Origin: Candidatus Latescibacterota bacterium
Lineage (GTDB): Bacteria; Latescibacterota; UBA2968; GCA-2709665
Direction: 5' to 3'
Assembly: GCA_965237675.1 (NCBI GenBank)
Contig: OZ250150.1
Span: 2,880,001-2,944,000, forward strand
DNA length: 64,000 nt
Position numbers and translations under genes: made by a program. This document shows positions 48,847 through 58,784 of the stretch, in pieces (position 1 is the first letter of the stretch; each line of letters begins with the position of its first letter). A model generated the notes under the pieces. The model made no database searches, was not told the origin of the DNA, and saw only the letters and a list, made by a program, of their open reading frames with translations.

Positions 48847-48975
48847 ATGTCCACGGATCTGCGCGAAATGGCGTTACGTCTGAAGGTCATCGAAATCTTG
48901 AAGCGGTACTGCTGGGTGCGACACCAGCTGAAGGTCATACAGCTATGGAAGAAACTCTTCATCCACCCGAATTGA
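48847..48975 (+). CDS. Small cationic peptide (42 aa)
   Basis: AAGGAGG RBS, TTGACT promoter-like box at 48781 and a terminator directly downstream; MSTDLREMALRLKVIEILKRYCWVRHQLKVIQLWKKLFIHPN. Confidence 0.6.
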   Translation: MSTDLREMALRLKVIEILKRYCWVRHQLKVIQLWKKLFIHPN

Positions 48976-48994
48976 TAAATGCGAACTGGCTGCT

Positions 48995-49032
48995 GAAAAG
49001 GCGCTCGGGCGGGGACGGTCCGGGCGCCTTTC
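48995..49032 (+). terminator. Rho-independent terminator
   Basis: AAAGGCGCTCGG..CCGGGCGCCTTT followed by a T-rich tail. Confidence 0.6.
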
Positions 49033-49152
49033 TGTTATTTGAAACCACAGGCGGGCGGTCTCCGATCCCCCCCGCGTCCCGACGCGGGCATATCCCTTCG
49101 AGTTGAATTGGGGTTGCTCATCATCCGCCGATTCGTTAGATTCCCGCCCAAT

Positions 49153-49827
49153 ATGACCTCTGGACAGAACAGGATTCGAGCGGTTTATGACCGATTGACG
49201 GATGCGTTCGGACCACAGGGCTGGTGGCCGGCGGAATCTCCATTCGAAACGATGATCGGGGCCATATTGACGCAGAACACAGCCTGGACCAACGTCGAAC
49301 GGGCGATGCGCCGGCTCAGCGCTGCCGGGGCCCTCGATGCCCGGACCATGCTGGATATGCCCGACGGCGAACTGGAAACCCTGATCCGTCCCTCCGGGAC
49401 CTTTCGTGTAAAGGCAAGGCGGTTGAAGGCGTTCCTGACGTTTTTCGTGGGCAGGTACCGCGCGGATGTTGACCGGATGAAGGGTGTGCCCACCGGGCGT
49501 TTGCGCGAGGAACTGCTGGCGGTAAAGGGGATTGGACCGGAAACCGCCGATTGCATTCTGCTCTATGCGCTGGAGAAGCCGAGTTTTGTGGTGGATGGGT
49601 ATACGCGGCGGGTTTTCGGGCGTCTGGGGCTGATCGACAGCGCGCTCGAGTACCAAGACGTACAGCGCAGGTTTGAGGCCGCGTTGCCCTTGGACGCGGG
49701 GGTCTACAACGAATATCATGCCCTGATCGTGGCGCTCGGCAAGCGCATCTGCCTGCCGAAACCCAGGTGTGGACAGTGCTTGCTGAACGCGATCTGCAAT
49801 ACGGGAGGACGGAATGGCCCGGTTTGA
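49153..49827 (+). CDS. HhH-GPD endonuclease III-like protein
   Basis: GPQGWWPA, GAILTQNTAWTNV, GIGPETAD, VVDGYTRR, EYHALIV, C-terminal 4-Cys motif. Confidence 0.88.
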   Translation: MTSGQNRIRAVYDRLTDAFGPQGWWPAESPFETMIGAILTQNTAWTNVERAMRRLSAAGALDARTMLDMPDGELETLIRPSGTFRVKARRLKAFLTFFVGRYRADVDRMKGVPTGRLREELLAVKGIGPETADCILLYALEKPSFVVDGYTRRVFGRLGLIDSALEYQDVQRRFEAALPLDAGVYNEYHALIVALGKRICLPKPRCGQCLLNAICNTGGRNGPV

Positions 49828-50638
49828 ATTGTGTTTCAATACCAGTACGATTCGGCCCACATCCATTGTCGAGAAGATCCGGGCGGCGGGCGAAGCGGGT
49901 TATGACTCGATAGAGTTGTGGAACGAAGACCTGACGGACTGGGAACAGGGCGGCGGGAGGCTGTCCGAGCTCAGACACGTGCTGGATGACTACAACCTCG
50001 CGGTACCCGACGTGGTTCACCTCTCGGGGTGGATGGACGCGACGGATTCGGCGTTCGAATCTGAACTTCTCGGCGAAGCCCGGCGGCTGATGGAACAGGG
50101 CGTGGCCGTTGGGGCGCCGCGCGTCATCGCGGGGCCCGCGCGCGGGCAGGTGGATTTGAATCTGGCCGCGGACCGGTTCTGCCGGCTGGTGGAACTGGGG
50201 CAGGAGGTCGGGTGTCTGCCCGCTCTGGAGTTCCTGGGTTTTGTCGCCCACGTGAATAACGTGGAGACGTTGATGGCGATCGTGAACCTGGCGGATCATC
50301 CCGAGACCACGGTTGTGATGGACGCGTTCCACATTTATCGCGGCGGGGGACAGGATGAGGATATCCTGAAGGTGCCTGGGGCGCAGGTGGCTATTTTCCA
50401 TATCGACGATGCGCCGCGGACCGACCGCAAGCGGGAGACCCTGACCGACGGGGATCGGGTGTATCCCGGCGACGGGATCCTGAACCTGAAAAAGATGTTG
50501 GAAATGCTGGCCTCCCGGGGCTTCTCCGGTCCGGTATCTCTCGAGTTGTTCAATGAGTCCCTGTGGCGACAGGACCCTGGGGAGGTCGCCCGGACCGGGG
50601 CGGAGAAGGTGAGAAGGTTGATCGAGTCTGTGGAATGA
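49814..50638 (+). CDS. Sugar phosphate isomerase/epimerase
   Basis: GYDSIELW, ALEFLGF, DAFH, FHIDD, RVYPGDG, SLELFN. Confidence 0.88.
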   Translation: MARFELCFNTSTIRPTSIVEKIRAAGEAGYDSIELWNEDLTDWEQGGGRLSELRHVLDDYNLAVPDVVHLSGWMDATDSAFESELLGEARRLMEQGVAVGAPRVIAGPARGQVDLNLAADRFCRLVELGQEVGCLPALEFLGFVAHVNNVETLMAIVNLADHPETTVVMDAFHIYRGGGQDEDILKVPGAQVAIFHIDDAPRTDRKRETLTDGDRVYPGDGILNLKKMLEMLASRGFSGPVSLELFNESLWRQDPGEVARTGAEKVRRLIESVE

Positions 50639-50655
50639 GCGTGCGGAGACCTCAC

Positions 50656-51639
50656 ATGGTTCAACTTGGCAAGACGGCGATCCCCGGGTCGACCGTGCTG
50701 GCCCCGCTGGCTGGCGTGACCGATCGTTCGTTCCGAATGGTGTGCAGGGCACAGGGCGCCGGTCTGGCTGTCACGGAGATGGTGAGCGCCCGCGGATTGG
50801 CCGACGGCAGCGAGCGTTCGAGCCGGTACCTGGATTTCGATGCCGATGAGCATCCGATTTCCGTGCAGATATTCGGATCCGAACCCGAAGAAATGGCCGA
50901 AGGTGCACGCGTGGCTGCGGAACGTAATCCGGATCTGCTGGACATCAATTGCGGGTGTCCTGTGAAGAAGATCGTGAACCGGCGCGCGGGCGCGGCCCTC
51001 TTGAAGGATCCGTCGAGGCTGGGAAGGATCGTATCGGCAATGGCGCGGGCGGTGTCCATCCCGGTCACCCTGAAGATCCGCAGCGGCTGGGAAGACGGCA
51101 CGAGGGCGTCGGAAGTTGCGCGGCTTGCGGAAGACATGGGCGCCGCTGCGATCGCCGTGCACGGCCGGACGCGAAAAGCGGGGTTTTCGGGTAAGGCGGA
51201 TTGGGATGTGATCCGCGAAGTGTCCGAAGCCGTGTCGATTCCGGTGATCGGCAACGGCGACGTGCGCAGCCCCGGAGATGCGCGGGCCATGATGGATCAA
51301 ACGGGATGTGACCTGGTCATGGTGGGCCGGTGGGCGATTGGAGACCCGTGGCTGTTCGGACGTATCGAGAGTTTTCTCGCCACCGGCGACCGTCTGCCGG
51401 CGCCCTCTACGTGCGAGCGCGTGGAAATGGCAATCCGCCACCTTCGGCTCTCGGTGCAAACCAAAGGGCTCCCCGCGGGGGTGCGTGAAATGAGACGGCA
51501 TCTTGCCGCGTATATCAAGGGCATCGACGGTGCTGCGGCATTTCGCAGGACGCTGATGACGGAGGATGACCCGGAGGCCGTCGAAGCCATATTGAACGCC
51601 GTTCGCCGGAACGCCGAGGAGGTGTGCGGTGACTCCTGA
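50656..51639 (+). CDS. dusB: tRNA dihydrouridine synthase B
   Basis: LAPLAGVTD, TEMVS, DINCGCP, KIRSGW, HGRT, GNGDV, MVGR. Confidence 0.92.
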   Translation: MVQLGKTAIPGSTVLAPLAGVTDRSFRMVCRAQGAGLAVTEMVSARGLADGSERSSRYLDFDADEHPISVQIFGSEPEEMAEGARVAAERNPDLLDINCGCPVKKIVNRRAGAALLKDPSRLGRIVSAMARAVSIPVTLKIRSGWEDGTRASEVARLAEDMGAAAIAVHGRTRKAGFSGKADWDVIREVSEAVSIPVIGNGDVRSPGDARAMMDQTGCDLVMVGRWAIGDPWLFGRIESFLATGDRLPAPSTCERVEMAIRHLRLSVQTKGLPAGVREMRRHLAAYIKGIDGAAAFRRTLMTEDDPEAVEAILNAVRRNAEEVCGDS

Positions 51640-52405
51640 GCAGATTCGGCATATACTGGAGGCGGTTCGGGAAAACGAACTGGATATCGATAGCGCGATG
51701 GAGCGGCTGAAGAAGCTGCCGTTTGAAGATCTGGGGTTCGCGCACGTGGATCATCACCGGGCAATGCGGCAGGGCTTCCCCGAGGTGATCTTCTGCGAGG
51801 GCAAGACCACCGAACAGGTGGTTGAGATCGCGCGCCGGATTTCGGAGGCGGGATCCACGCTTCTGGCAACCCGCGCCGACCGCGCCCAGGCGGATGCCGT
51901 GCGTGCCGCGTTGCCGGGAGTGGACTACAACCCGTTGGCGCGGACGCTGTTGATTCGCGGTAGCGATGGGGACGGTAATGCGACGGCCGGAGAGGTGCTG
52001 GTCATTTCAGCTGGAACATCCGATTTGCCGGTAGCCGAGGAGGCGGTGGTCACGGCGGAGGCGATGGGGATCCGCGTCAGGAAGCTGTACGACGTGGGCG
52101 TGGCGGGAATTCACCGGCTGTTCGCGTATCGGGAACAGATCGACCGGGCGGCGGCCATTGTGGTGGTGGCCGGAATGGAGGGCGCGCTGCCCTCGGTGGT
52201 TGGCGGGTTGGTGGATGTCCCGGTGATTGCGGTGCCGACCAGCGTGGGGTATGGCGCCAGTTTCGGCGGACTGGCCGCGTTGCTGGGGACGTTGAATTCC
52301 TGCGCGCCGGGTGTCGCGGTTGTGAACATCGACAATGGATTCGGCGCGGGTTTCTTCGCGGGTCTCGTCATCCGGTTGCAGAACCGCGACGGGCGTGGGT
52401 CGTAG
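51629..52405 (+). CDS. larB: Nickel-pincer cofactor biosynthesis protein LarB (NCAIR mutase-like)
   Basis: DHHRAMRQGFPEVIFCEGKT, AGTSDLPVAEEA, DVGVAGIHRL, AGMEGALPSV, VPTSVGYGA, NIDNGFGA. Confidence 0.93.
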   Translation: MTPEQIRHILEAVRENELDIDSAMERLKKLPFEDLGFAHVDHHRAMRQGFPEVIFCEGKTTEQVVEIARRISEAGSTLLATRADRAQADAVRAALPGVDYNPLARTLLIRGSDGDGNATAGEVLVISAGTSDLPVAEEAVVTAEAMGIRVRKLYDVGVAGIHRLFAYREQIDRAAAIVVVAGMEGALPSVVGGLVDVPVIAVPTSVGYGASFGGLAALLGTLNSCAPGVAVVNIDNGFGAGFFAGLVIRLQNRDGRGS

Positions 52406-52408
52406 CTA

Positions 52409-53863
52409 CTACCGGCGTCTGAGACCGAGGCGGTTCCGGAGTGAAACGGGGCGCCCGTCGGGGTCCGCGAGCGGTCGCGGCGGATAGGTGCGTTGCGTTT
52501 TCAGGCTGAGAAGAACCAGCAAGAGCAGTGCGATCGGTACGGCCAGCAGGTCTGCCGGTAGATCCGGTACGAGGTAGATGAGGCCAATCCAGGAGATGAA
52601 GCCCGAACCCATGGCCGCAAGCGCGCCAGGCAGATTGGCTCGAGACCACCAGATGCCGGCCGTGAGCGGTACAAAGAGGGTGGCCAGCAGGATCGACCAT
52701 GAGTTCACCATCAGCGAGTAGACGGTATTGTGCGCCAGTGCGAGGTAGAGAGCAATCAGGCCGAGAATCGGGACGCTGATGCGGCAGATCCGGAGAATGA
52801 GACGTTCGTCGGCATCCGGACGGACGTAGCGGACCAGATCCCATCCGATGACGCTGGCCGGGGCCAGCAGCGCGCTGTCCGCGCTGCTCATCAGGGCGGA
52901 AACGAGCGCGCCGAGAAATAAGGCCATCGCCAGGGGTGAGAGATATTTCATGCCCAGCCGCATCATGATCATATCCGGATCGCTGAGATCGGGAAAAATA
53001 AGGGTTCCGGCGATGCCGAGAAATACCGGCAGCAGGCCGACGGTGAGATAGAGTCCGCCGGCAAGGTAGGCGCTGTTCTGGGCCACGGATTCATTTTTGC
53101 TCGATAGGCTGCGCTGGATCAGATCCTGCCCCGCCAGATTGCCCAGACCAATCACGAGCCAGTCCCGGGCATAGGCAAACCAGCCGGGCATGCCCCCGCT
53201 TCGGGGATAGAGGTAAAACCGGTCTTCAGGGATCCTGGCACTAAGGGCGGACCACCCGCCCATGTCGTTCAGCAGCAGCGGCGTGATTACCAGGAGGCCC
53301 ACCGTCAAAACGGCAACCTGGATGAAGTCCGTGAGCGTGACGGCCCACATGCCCCCCGCTGTCGTGTACACGAGTACGATTGCGGCGCCGATACAGATGC
53401 CCAGGGTCGGATCCAGTCCGGTGAGCGATTGGATGACCCGGCCGAAGGCGACCATGAGGGACGCCACCCATCCGAGATACGCGGGAATGGTACACAGGGC
53501 GGCCACCACACCCGCCGTGGTCCCGAAGCGGCTCTCGAAAAAACCGGCAATGGTGGTCAAACCCATCCGCCGCATGACCCGGACGTAGAAAAGCCCGGCG
53601 AGAAAGAGGCACAGGGCGGCGCCGAACGGATCGGCGATTATGCCCAGAAAGCCCTTTTTGTAGGCCTCGCTGGCGGCGCCGATGACGATGCCGCCGCCGA
53701 ACCAGGTGGCCGCAATGGTACCGGTGGCCAGCCAGATACCCAGCCTCCGGCCGGCAACGATGAAGTCGGCGGAGCCCTTGACGCGCCGTCCGGCGTAGAG
53801 CCCGACCGCGAGGGTGAGCAGGATGTAGGCGGCGAGGCCGAGGATGATGGGAAGGTTGGGCAT
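52409..53863 (-). CDS. Sodium:solute symporter family transporter
   Basis: DFIVAGRRL, ATWFGG, YTTAGGMWAVTLTDFIQ, QDLIQR, SALMSSADS; about 13 TM segments. Confidence 0.92.
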   Translation of the reverse strand: MPNLPIILGLAAYILLTLAVGLYAGRRVKGSADFIVAGRRLGIWLATGTIAATWFGGGIVIGAASEAYKKGFLGIIADPFGAALCLFLAGLFYVRVMRRMGLTTIAGFFESRFGTTAGVVAALCTIPAYLGWVASLMVAFGRVIQSLTGLDPTLGICIGAAIVLVYTTAGGMWAVTLTDFIQVAVLTVGLLVITPLLLNDMGGWSALSARIPEDRFYLYPRSGGMPGWFAYARDWLVIGLGNLAGQDLIQRSLSSKNESVAQNSAYLAGGLYLTVGLLPVFLGIAGTLIFPDLSDPDMIMMRLGMKYLSPLAMALFLGALVSALMSSADSALLAPASVIGWDLVRYVRPDADERLILRICRISVPILGLIALYLALAHNTVYSLMVNSWSILLATLFVPLTAGIWWSRANLPGALAAMGSGFISWIGLIYLVPDLPADLLAVPIALLLLVLLSLKTQRTYPPRPLADPDGRPVSLRNRLGLRRR

Positions 53864-53922
53864 GGAGAAATCTGGAGTCCGGGTTTAGAAATCGGGCATC
53901 GGAGTTCCAATCGGATGCCGAA

Positions 53923-55074
53923 TCACTCGATGCGGTTGTGTTGTTTCAGTATGTCGACAAGCCGGTCCAGGGGCAGGCCGGGCATGGTCCTGTTGTCCCG
54001 GCCGATCATAGTATCCGCGGCGCACAGCGCGTTGACGACGGCTTCCTCGGTGGCCTCAACCGTGGCCTGCAGGAGCGGGTTGAGGCGGTGGTCGCGCAGT
54101 GTCCGTACGGTGTCCACCATCGCTGCGTCCCGTGGAATTCGGCGGGCGGTGGAAAAAGCCAGAACCAGGTCGCCGCTGCTCGTTCGTGAGAAGGTGCCGG
54201 TGCGGCTCACGCCGAAAGCGGACCGTTTGCAGAGCCGGCGAAGCTGGATGGGGATCAGCGGCGCGTCCGTGGCGATCAGAATGACAATGGAGCCGTCGCG
54301 GGCCGGCGGACGGGGCGCCTTTGGCAGGTGTCTGCCCACGGGCACGCCGTCGATGACCAGATTGGGACGCCGGCCGCAGTTGGCAATAACAAGCACGCCG
54401 AGGGTGTAGGCGCCCTGTCCCTGGGAGAGCACGCGCGAGGCCGTGCCGACGCCGGCCTTGAAACCGTATGCCCGCATCCCCGTTCCCGCACCCACCGATC
54501 CTTCGGCTACCGGGCCGCCCGTTGCGGATTCGATTGCCCGGATGACATGTTGCTCCTTTACGTGGCGGCCCGCGATATCGTTGAGGCCGCCATCGTAACA
54601 TTCGGCCACAACGGGCAGCGGCACCCGTCCCTTGTTCTGCATGAGCATGTAGGCAACAACGCCACTGTACGCCTCGCCGACGCTGAGGGTGTTGGTGAGT
54701 ATCACCGGCACCTCCAGCAGACCCCGTTCGTTGATCCACTCCGTGCCCGTCATTTCGCCGTTGCCGTTGAGGGCTTCGGCCGCGGCGAAGACTTGGTACA
54801 GATAGACGTCGTCCGGGTGGGGCACCACGGCGGTGACACCGGTGCGGACGGGACCCTTTCCGACCACCAGTTCGCCCTCGCCGCTAATGAGGGTGACGTG
54901 GCCCACCTGGACGCCAGGGACGTCGGTAATGGCGTTATGGAGGCCGGGCGCGAGGGAACCGATGCGGATACCGAGATCCCGCGCCCGGGGGCGTTGGGCG
55001 CCAGCGGTGCCCGCGCAGAGCGCGAGACTGAGGAGCGTGAGTACCCATCGGCGCATGTTTGTATAAGTATCCAT
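53923..55074 (-). CDS. P1/S58 family peptidase (DmpA-like), with signal peptide
   Basis: NAITDVPGVQVGH, RTGVTAV, NGNGEMTG, ECYDG, EGSVGAGTG, autoprocessing site DG|SIV, SSGD. Confidence 0.92.
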   Translation of the reverse strand: MDTYTNMRRWVLTLLSLALCAGTAGAQRPRARDLGIRIGSLAPGLHNAITDVPGVQVGHVTLISGEGELVVGKGPVRTGVTAVVPHPDDVYLYQVFAAAEALNGNGEMTGTEWINERGLLEVPVILTNTLSVGEAYSGVVAYMLMQNKGRVPLPVVAECYDGGLNDIAGRHVKEQHVIRAIESATGGPVAEGSVGAGTGMRAYGFKAGVGTASRVLSQGQGAYTLGVLVIANCGRRPNLVIDGVPVGRHLPKAPRPPARDGSIVILIATDAPLIPIQLRRLCKRSAFGVSRTGTFSRTSSGDLVLAFSTARRIPRDAAMVDTVRTLRDHRLNPLLQATVEATEEAVVNALCAADTMIGRDNRTMPGLPLDRLVDILKQHNRIE

Positions 55075-55104
55075 AACGCGGGAATCGGAAACGCGGGAAT
55101 CGGA
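55075..55104. repeat. 15-bp tandem duplication AACGCGGGAATCGGA x2
   Basis: Exact tandem copy immediately upstream of the peptidase start. Confidence 0.6.
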
Positions 55105-55229
55105 GTTCGGGCTGGCAGGAGACCGGTAACGCGGAAATACGATTTTGTCTCAAATGCCCGGGATGTCTGGTTTGCGTACGCGCAGCGCGCGCCTTCACCG
55201 GCCTGTTCGGGCGGCCGACTGTCAGCCTC

Positions 55230-56429
55230 TCACCGGACTCGAAATTCTGATTTGGAAAAGAAGCCGTCTTTCAATGTTCCCTCCTGGCGCGCCCGGTGGG
55301 TTCTGTTTTTCCAGACGAAACCCCCGAACGTTCCGAACAACCCCACCAGAACCGTGTATGGAATCTGCAGAAGTTCCCACATCGGCAACACCCTCAGGAG
55401 GTCGGTCCGGCCGAAGAGGCGGGCGCCTTTCCATACCACGCCCAGGTCCGCCAGCGCTTTGACCGCGAAACATGCCAGCGGCAGGCCGTAGGCATTTTGA
55501 CCCGCACCCAGGATCATGCTGGCGGGTAAGAGAAGGTTGAGCAGAAAGACGTTCGCAAGATAGACGAAAAAGACGGGATTGAGCGTCACCATGTTTCGGG
55601 CGTTCGACGCCCATCGGCGCCGCTGGGTCCAGAAACCGGCTATGGATTCGGCGCGCCTGGTGCTGACAAAGGTGTCGGGGTCGTTGGCAAATGCGATCTT
55701 CGCGCCGGCCCGGCGAAACAACTGAAGCAGGAGTACGTCGTCGCCGGAGGGGCGATTGGCGATCTTCTCGAATCCGTTAACCTGATCGAAAAGCGCCTTC
55801 CGGTAGCCCAGATTCTGGCCGGTCGCGCCCAGCGGCATCGACAGGTTGGCGGCACCGGCCGAAGCGGACATGAGGGCGAGAAAGTCAAACGCCTGCAACC
55901 GTTCCACCGGCGTCAGCCGGTCCTGGGCGGTCTTGACCTGGGAAAAACCGATGACGGCATCCACGTCCGGCTCGAAACGGGTGACCATGCCGGCAATCCA
56001 TGTGGCCGGCACGGCGCAGTCCGCGTCGGTGGTCAGAATGATGGTTCCCCGTGCGGCCCGGATGCCCTCGGAGAGGGGCCGTTTTTTCGCCGCCATATGT
56101 TGAAAAACGTCCGTGACGACAATGCTGCGGATCCGGGGGTGCCTTGCGGCCAGACGGGCTACGATTAGCGGTGTGTGGTCCGTGGAGCCGTCGTCGACCA
56201 CCAGGACCTCGTACCGGTCGGCCGGGTAGGTCTGGTTGACCAGTCCGGCCAGGCAACCGGCGATAAAATTCGCTTCGTTCCTCGCCGCGACCACGACCGA
56301 TACGAAAGGCCATGAGTGGTCATGAGCGGGCCGGTTCTTTCGCCACAGGCCAATCAGAAAGGCCAAGGCGACGCCGAGGTAGATTGCCGTTGAAACCAAC
56401 AGGAAAACATTGATCAGGGAGGTCAACAC
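55230..56429 (-). CDS. Membrane GT2 glycosyltransferase
   Basis: VVVAARNE, VDDGSTD, TTDADC, SGDD, QRRRW, flanking TM segments. Confidence 0.9.
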   Translation of the reverse strand: MLTSLINVFLLVSTAIYLGVALAFLIGLWRKNRPAHDHSWPFVSVVVAARNEANFIAGCLAGLVNQTYPADRYEVLVVDDGSTDHTPLIVARLAARHPRIRSIVVTDVFQHMAAKKRPLSEGIRAARGTIILTTDADCAVPATWIAGMVTRFEPDVDAVIGFSQVKTAQDRLTPVERLQAFDFLALMSASAGAANLSMPLGATGQNLGYRKALFDQVNGFEKIANRPSGDDVLLLQLFRRAGAKIAFANDPDTFVSTRRAESIAGFWTQRRRWASNARNMVTLNPVFFVYLANVFLLNLLLPASMILGAGQNAYGLPLACFAVKALADLGVVWKGARLFGRTDLLRVLPMWELLQIPYTVLVGLFGTFGGFVWKNRTHRARQEGTLKDGFFSKSEFRVR

Positions 56430-56622
56430 GGGTATCCGGGTTCGGAAGCGGTTGGAAACAGGCCGTGGGCGTCGCGAAACGGTGAAAATCGACGGGTGGA
56501 GAAAGTTTTGGGTGCTCGGACGGGGGCGGTGGACGGAAGCGAGGCATGCGAGAGGGCGACAACCCGAATTCTAATCTGTCGCGGCGTGCCGGTACGGACA
56601 TCGACGCGGCGGGATGCGCGTT

Positions 56623-57681
56623 CTAATGTTTCACCTCTTCGATATCATAAAACATGCCCTTAATGCCTTCGGAACAGTTGTTGCAGATTGGCACGGCGGA
56701 CCGGTCCTTCAGAATGGCGTTTCTGAAACCGGTATACGCCTCGCCGGACCAGACGCTGTCGAAGTTCGTGTTTTCCAGCGCATCCCCCAGGCCGTAATGC
56801 ACGTCTTTGTCAAAACAACACGGAGATACGGCGCCGTCCCAGTTGACAACAGTGCTGTACCAGAGGTGCCTGCAGGAATTGGTGATCTTGCCGTTCATGG
56901 TCAGTTGGTCCGCGTCGTAAAGGTAGCGGCTAAAGGATTCGTCTTCAGGCAGATATTGTTCGGCCTCGGCCTCGGTATACACCTGGGCCGTCTTTAATGA
57001 GAGCCGGTCCACGCCCAGATCCTGCGCGAGATTCCGGGCGGCGGCGATCTCGTTTTCGTTGTGTTTGAATATGATGAATTGCAGGTGGATCACGGGATGG
57101 TCCGCCCCGAGCGTTTTCTTTACGCTGCTGAGAAAGCGGATCCCGTCAAGGACCCGGTCGAAATTGCCGCCCACGCGGTATTTGACGTAGGATTCCGGCG
57201 TAACCCCATCCAGGGAGACGACGATTTCGTCCAGACCGGAGGTGACGATATCTTCGGCATCGCCTCGGTTGCGGATATAGTGGACATTGGTGCTGGTGAT
57301 GGTGGGCACGTTATGCGCCTTGGCCAGACGGACCATGTCGGTGAGACGCCGGTTGATGAATGGCTCTCCCTGGTTCCACAACATCAGGAGAAGCAGGTCT
57401 TTCGCCTGCGCTTCGAATATCCGTTTGAAGGCATCGTATTCCATGGTGCCGCGCGGCCGGGTCAACCCGCCATTGCCCGACGGACAGAGCGGACATTTGA
57501 GATTGCAGATATTGGTGGGCTCCAGCATCAGGATGAAGGGGCGGCCCATGCGGATATCGCGTTTGGCCAGGCGAGAGAGAATGTAGGAGGAAACCACTTT
57601 GGCCACGTTCCAGACACGCCGGAACGTGAGTGCCCGGTGGTACCGCGCAACGGTCTTGGGCAAGAGTTTGAGTGAGAGCAT
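56623..57681 (-). CDS. Radical SAM/SPASM domain protein
   Basis: EPTNICNLKCPLC (CxxxCxxC), GEPF, SLDG, SPASM/twitch motifs CRHLW..PCCFD..CNNC. Confidence 0.9.
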   Translation of the reverse strand: MLSLKLLPKTVARYHRALTFRRVWNVAKVVSSYILSRLAKRDIRMGRPFILMLEPTNICNLKCPLCPSGNGGLTRPRGTMEYDAFKRIFEAQAKDLLLLMLWNQGEPFINRRLTDMVRLAKAHNVPTITSTNVHYIRNRGDAEDIVTSGLDEIVVSLDGVTPESYVKYRVGGNFDRVLDGIRFLSSVKKTLGADHPVIHLQFIIFKHNENEIAAARNLAQDLGVDRLSLKTAQVYTEAEAEQYLPEDESFSRYLYDADQLTMNGKITNSCRHLWYSTVVNWDGAVSPCCFDKDVHYGLGDALENTNFDSVWSGEAYTGFRNAILKDRSAVPICNNCSEGIKGMFYDIEEVKH

Positions 57682-57683
57682 GT

Positions 57684-58784
57684 CTATTTCCAGTGGGAGG
57701 GCGCCAGCGCGCCCAGGGCGCAGAACAGGACGATATAGGGTACGGCGATCAGCTCCAGCAGCGGAAACAACCAGAGGACTTGCCGTGCGTTGAAACGGCG
57801 GGCGGCTCGGGACAGAAGCAGCCAGTCGGCCAGTATTTTTACCGCGGCCATCAGGCCGAAGGGGAACCACAACGCGGGATGCCGCAATGCGAGGAAAGGC
57901 CCCGCGGCGAGGAGTACGTGGAATATATATAGACTCAATGCGACAAGCAAGACCGAAATCCCGTAATGCACGGCCTTGGACTGGTAGCGGACCTGGCGGC
58001 GGTAAAGGCCGTCGGTGTGCGGGTATGAACTCACGCTGGCGTCCGGATTGAATCGAACGCGCCAGGCGGTCCGGGAGGCGATGCGTCGCATCAGCAGGAC
58101 GTCGTCCCCGCCGCGGATATGCCCGATGGGTTCAAAGCCGCCGGCATCGTGGAATGCCGACCTGCGATAGGCCAGATTCCGTCCGGAACAGGTCAGCGGA
58201 AAGCCCAGGCCCATGCTGCCGGCCGCCAGGGCGGCCACGACAAGGCTCTGCAAGGCAAGCAGTCCGGACAGCAGTCCTCTTCGCGGCACCAGAGGCGCTT
58301 GCCCGGCGACCATGCCAACTTCAGGGTCGAAGGCCCGTACGGAGGAAGCGATCCAGCCTGAGGAGGGGATACAATCGGCATCCGTGGTGAGGATGATTTC
58401 ACCGGCGCCGGAGTGAATGCCCATTTTCAGGGCACTTTTTTTCGGGCAGGCGAACGGTCCGCCTGTTGCGCGCACGACCTTGAGGCCCGGGATCCGTCCC
58501 GTCCACGAGAGGGCACGGCAGGCCGTGTCGTCGGTTGAACGGTCGTCGACGACGATGACTTGTGTGTGTTCGGGCGGATAGGTCTGTCTGGAAAGGGCCT
58601 CGAGGCATCCGTCGATGCGCTTCGCTTCGTTGCGGGCGGCAACCACGACCGTGACATCGGGGCGTTCGGCGTTGCGGCCGGCTGACAGTCGGCTCAGGCC
58701 CGTTCGGAAGGCGCAGGCCAGGAAGACGTAGAGAATGCACAGGAAGCCTGAGGCGAATGCCAGCGTCTCCGTCGTGGCCGTCAA
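57684..58784 (-). CDS. Membrane GT2 glycosyltransferase
   Basis: VVVAARNE, VDDRSTD, TTDADC, GGDD, RQVRY; TTG start overlaps the upstream TGA. Confidence 0.88.
   Translation of the reverse strand: MTATTETLAFASGFLCILYVFLACAFRTGLSRLSAGRNAERPDVTVVVAARNEAKRIDGCLEALSRQTYPPEHTQVIVVDDRSTDDTACRALSWTGRIPGLKVVRATGGPFACPKKSALKMGIHSGAGEIILTTDADCIPSSGWIASSVRAFDPEVGMVAGQAPLVPRRGLLSGLLALQSLVVAALAAGSMGLGFPLTCSGRNLAYRRSAFHDAGGFEPIGHIRGGDDVLLMRRIASRTAWRVRFNPDASVSSYPHTDGLYRRQVRYQSKAVHYGISVLLVALSLYIFHVLLAAGPFLALRHPALWFPFGLMAAVKILADWLLLSRAARRFNARQVLWLFPLLELIAVPYIVLFCALGALAPSHWK

Noticed and set aside
51629-52405. Complete lactate racemase / nickel-pincer system
   Set aside because: Only larB is present; larA, larC and larE are not in the window, and dispersed lar genes are common.
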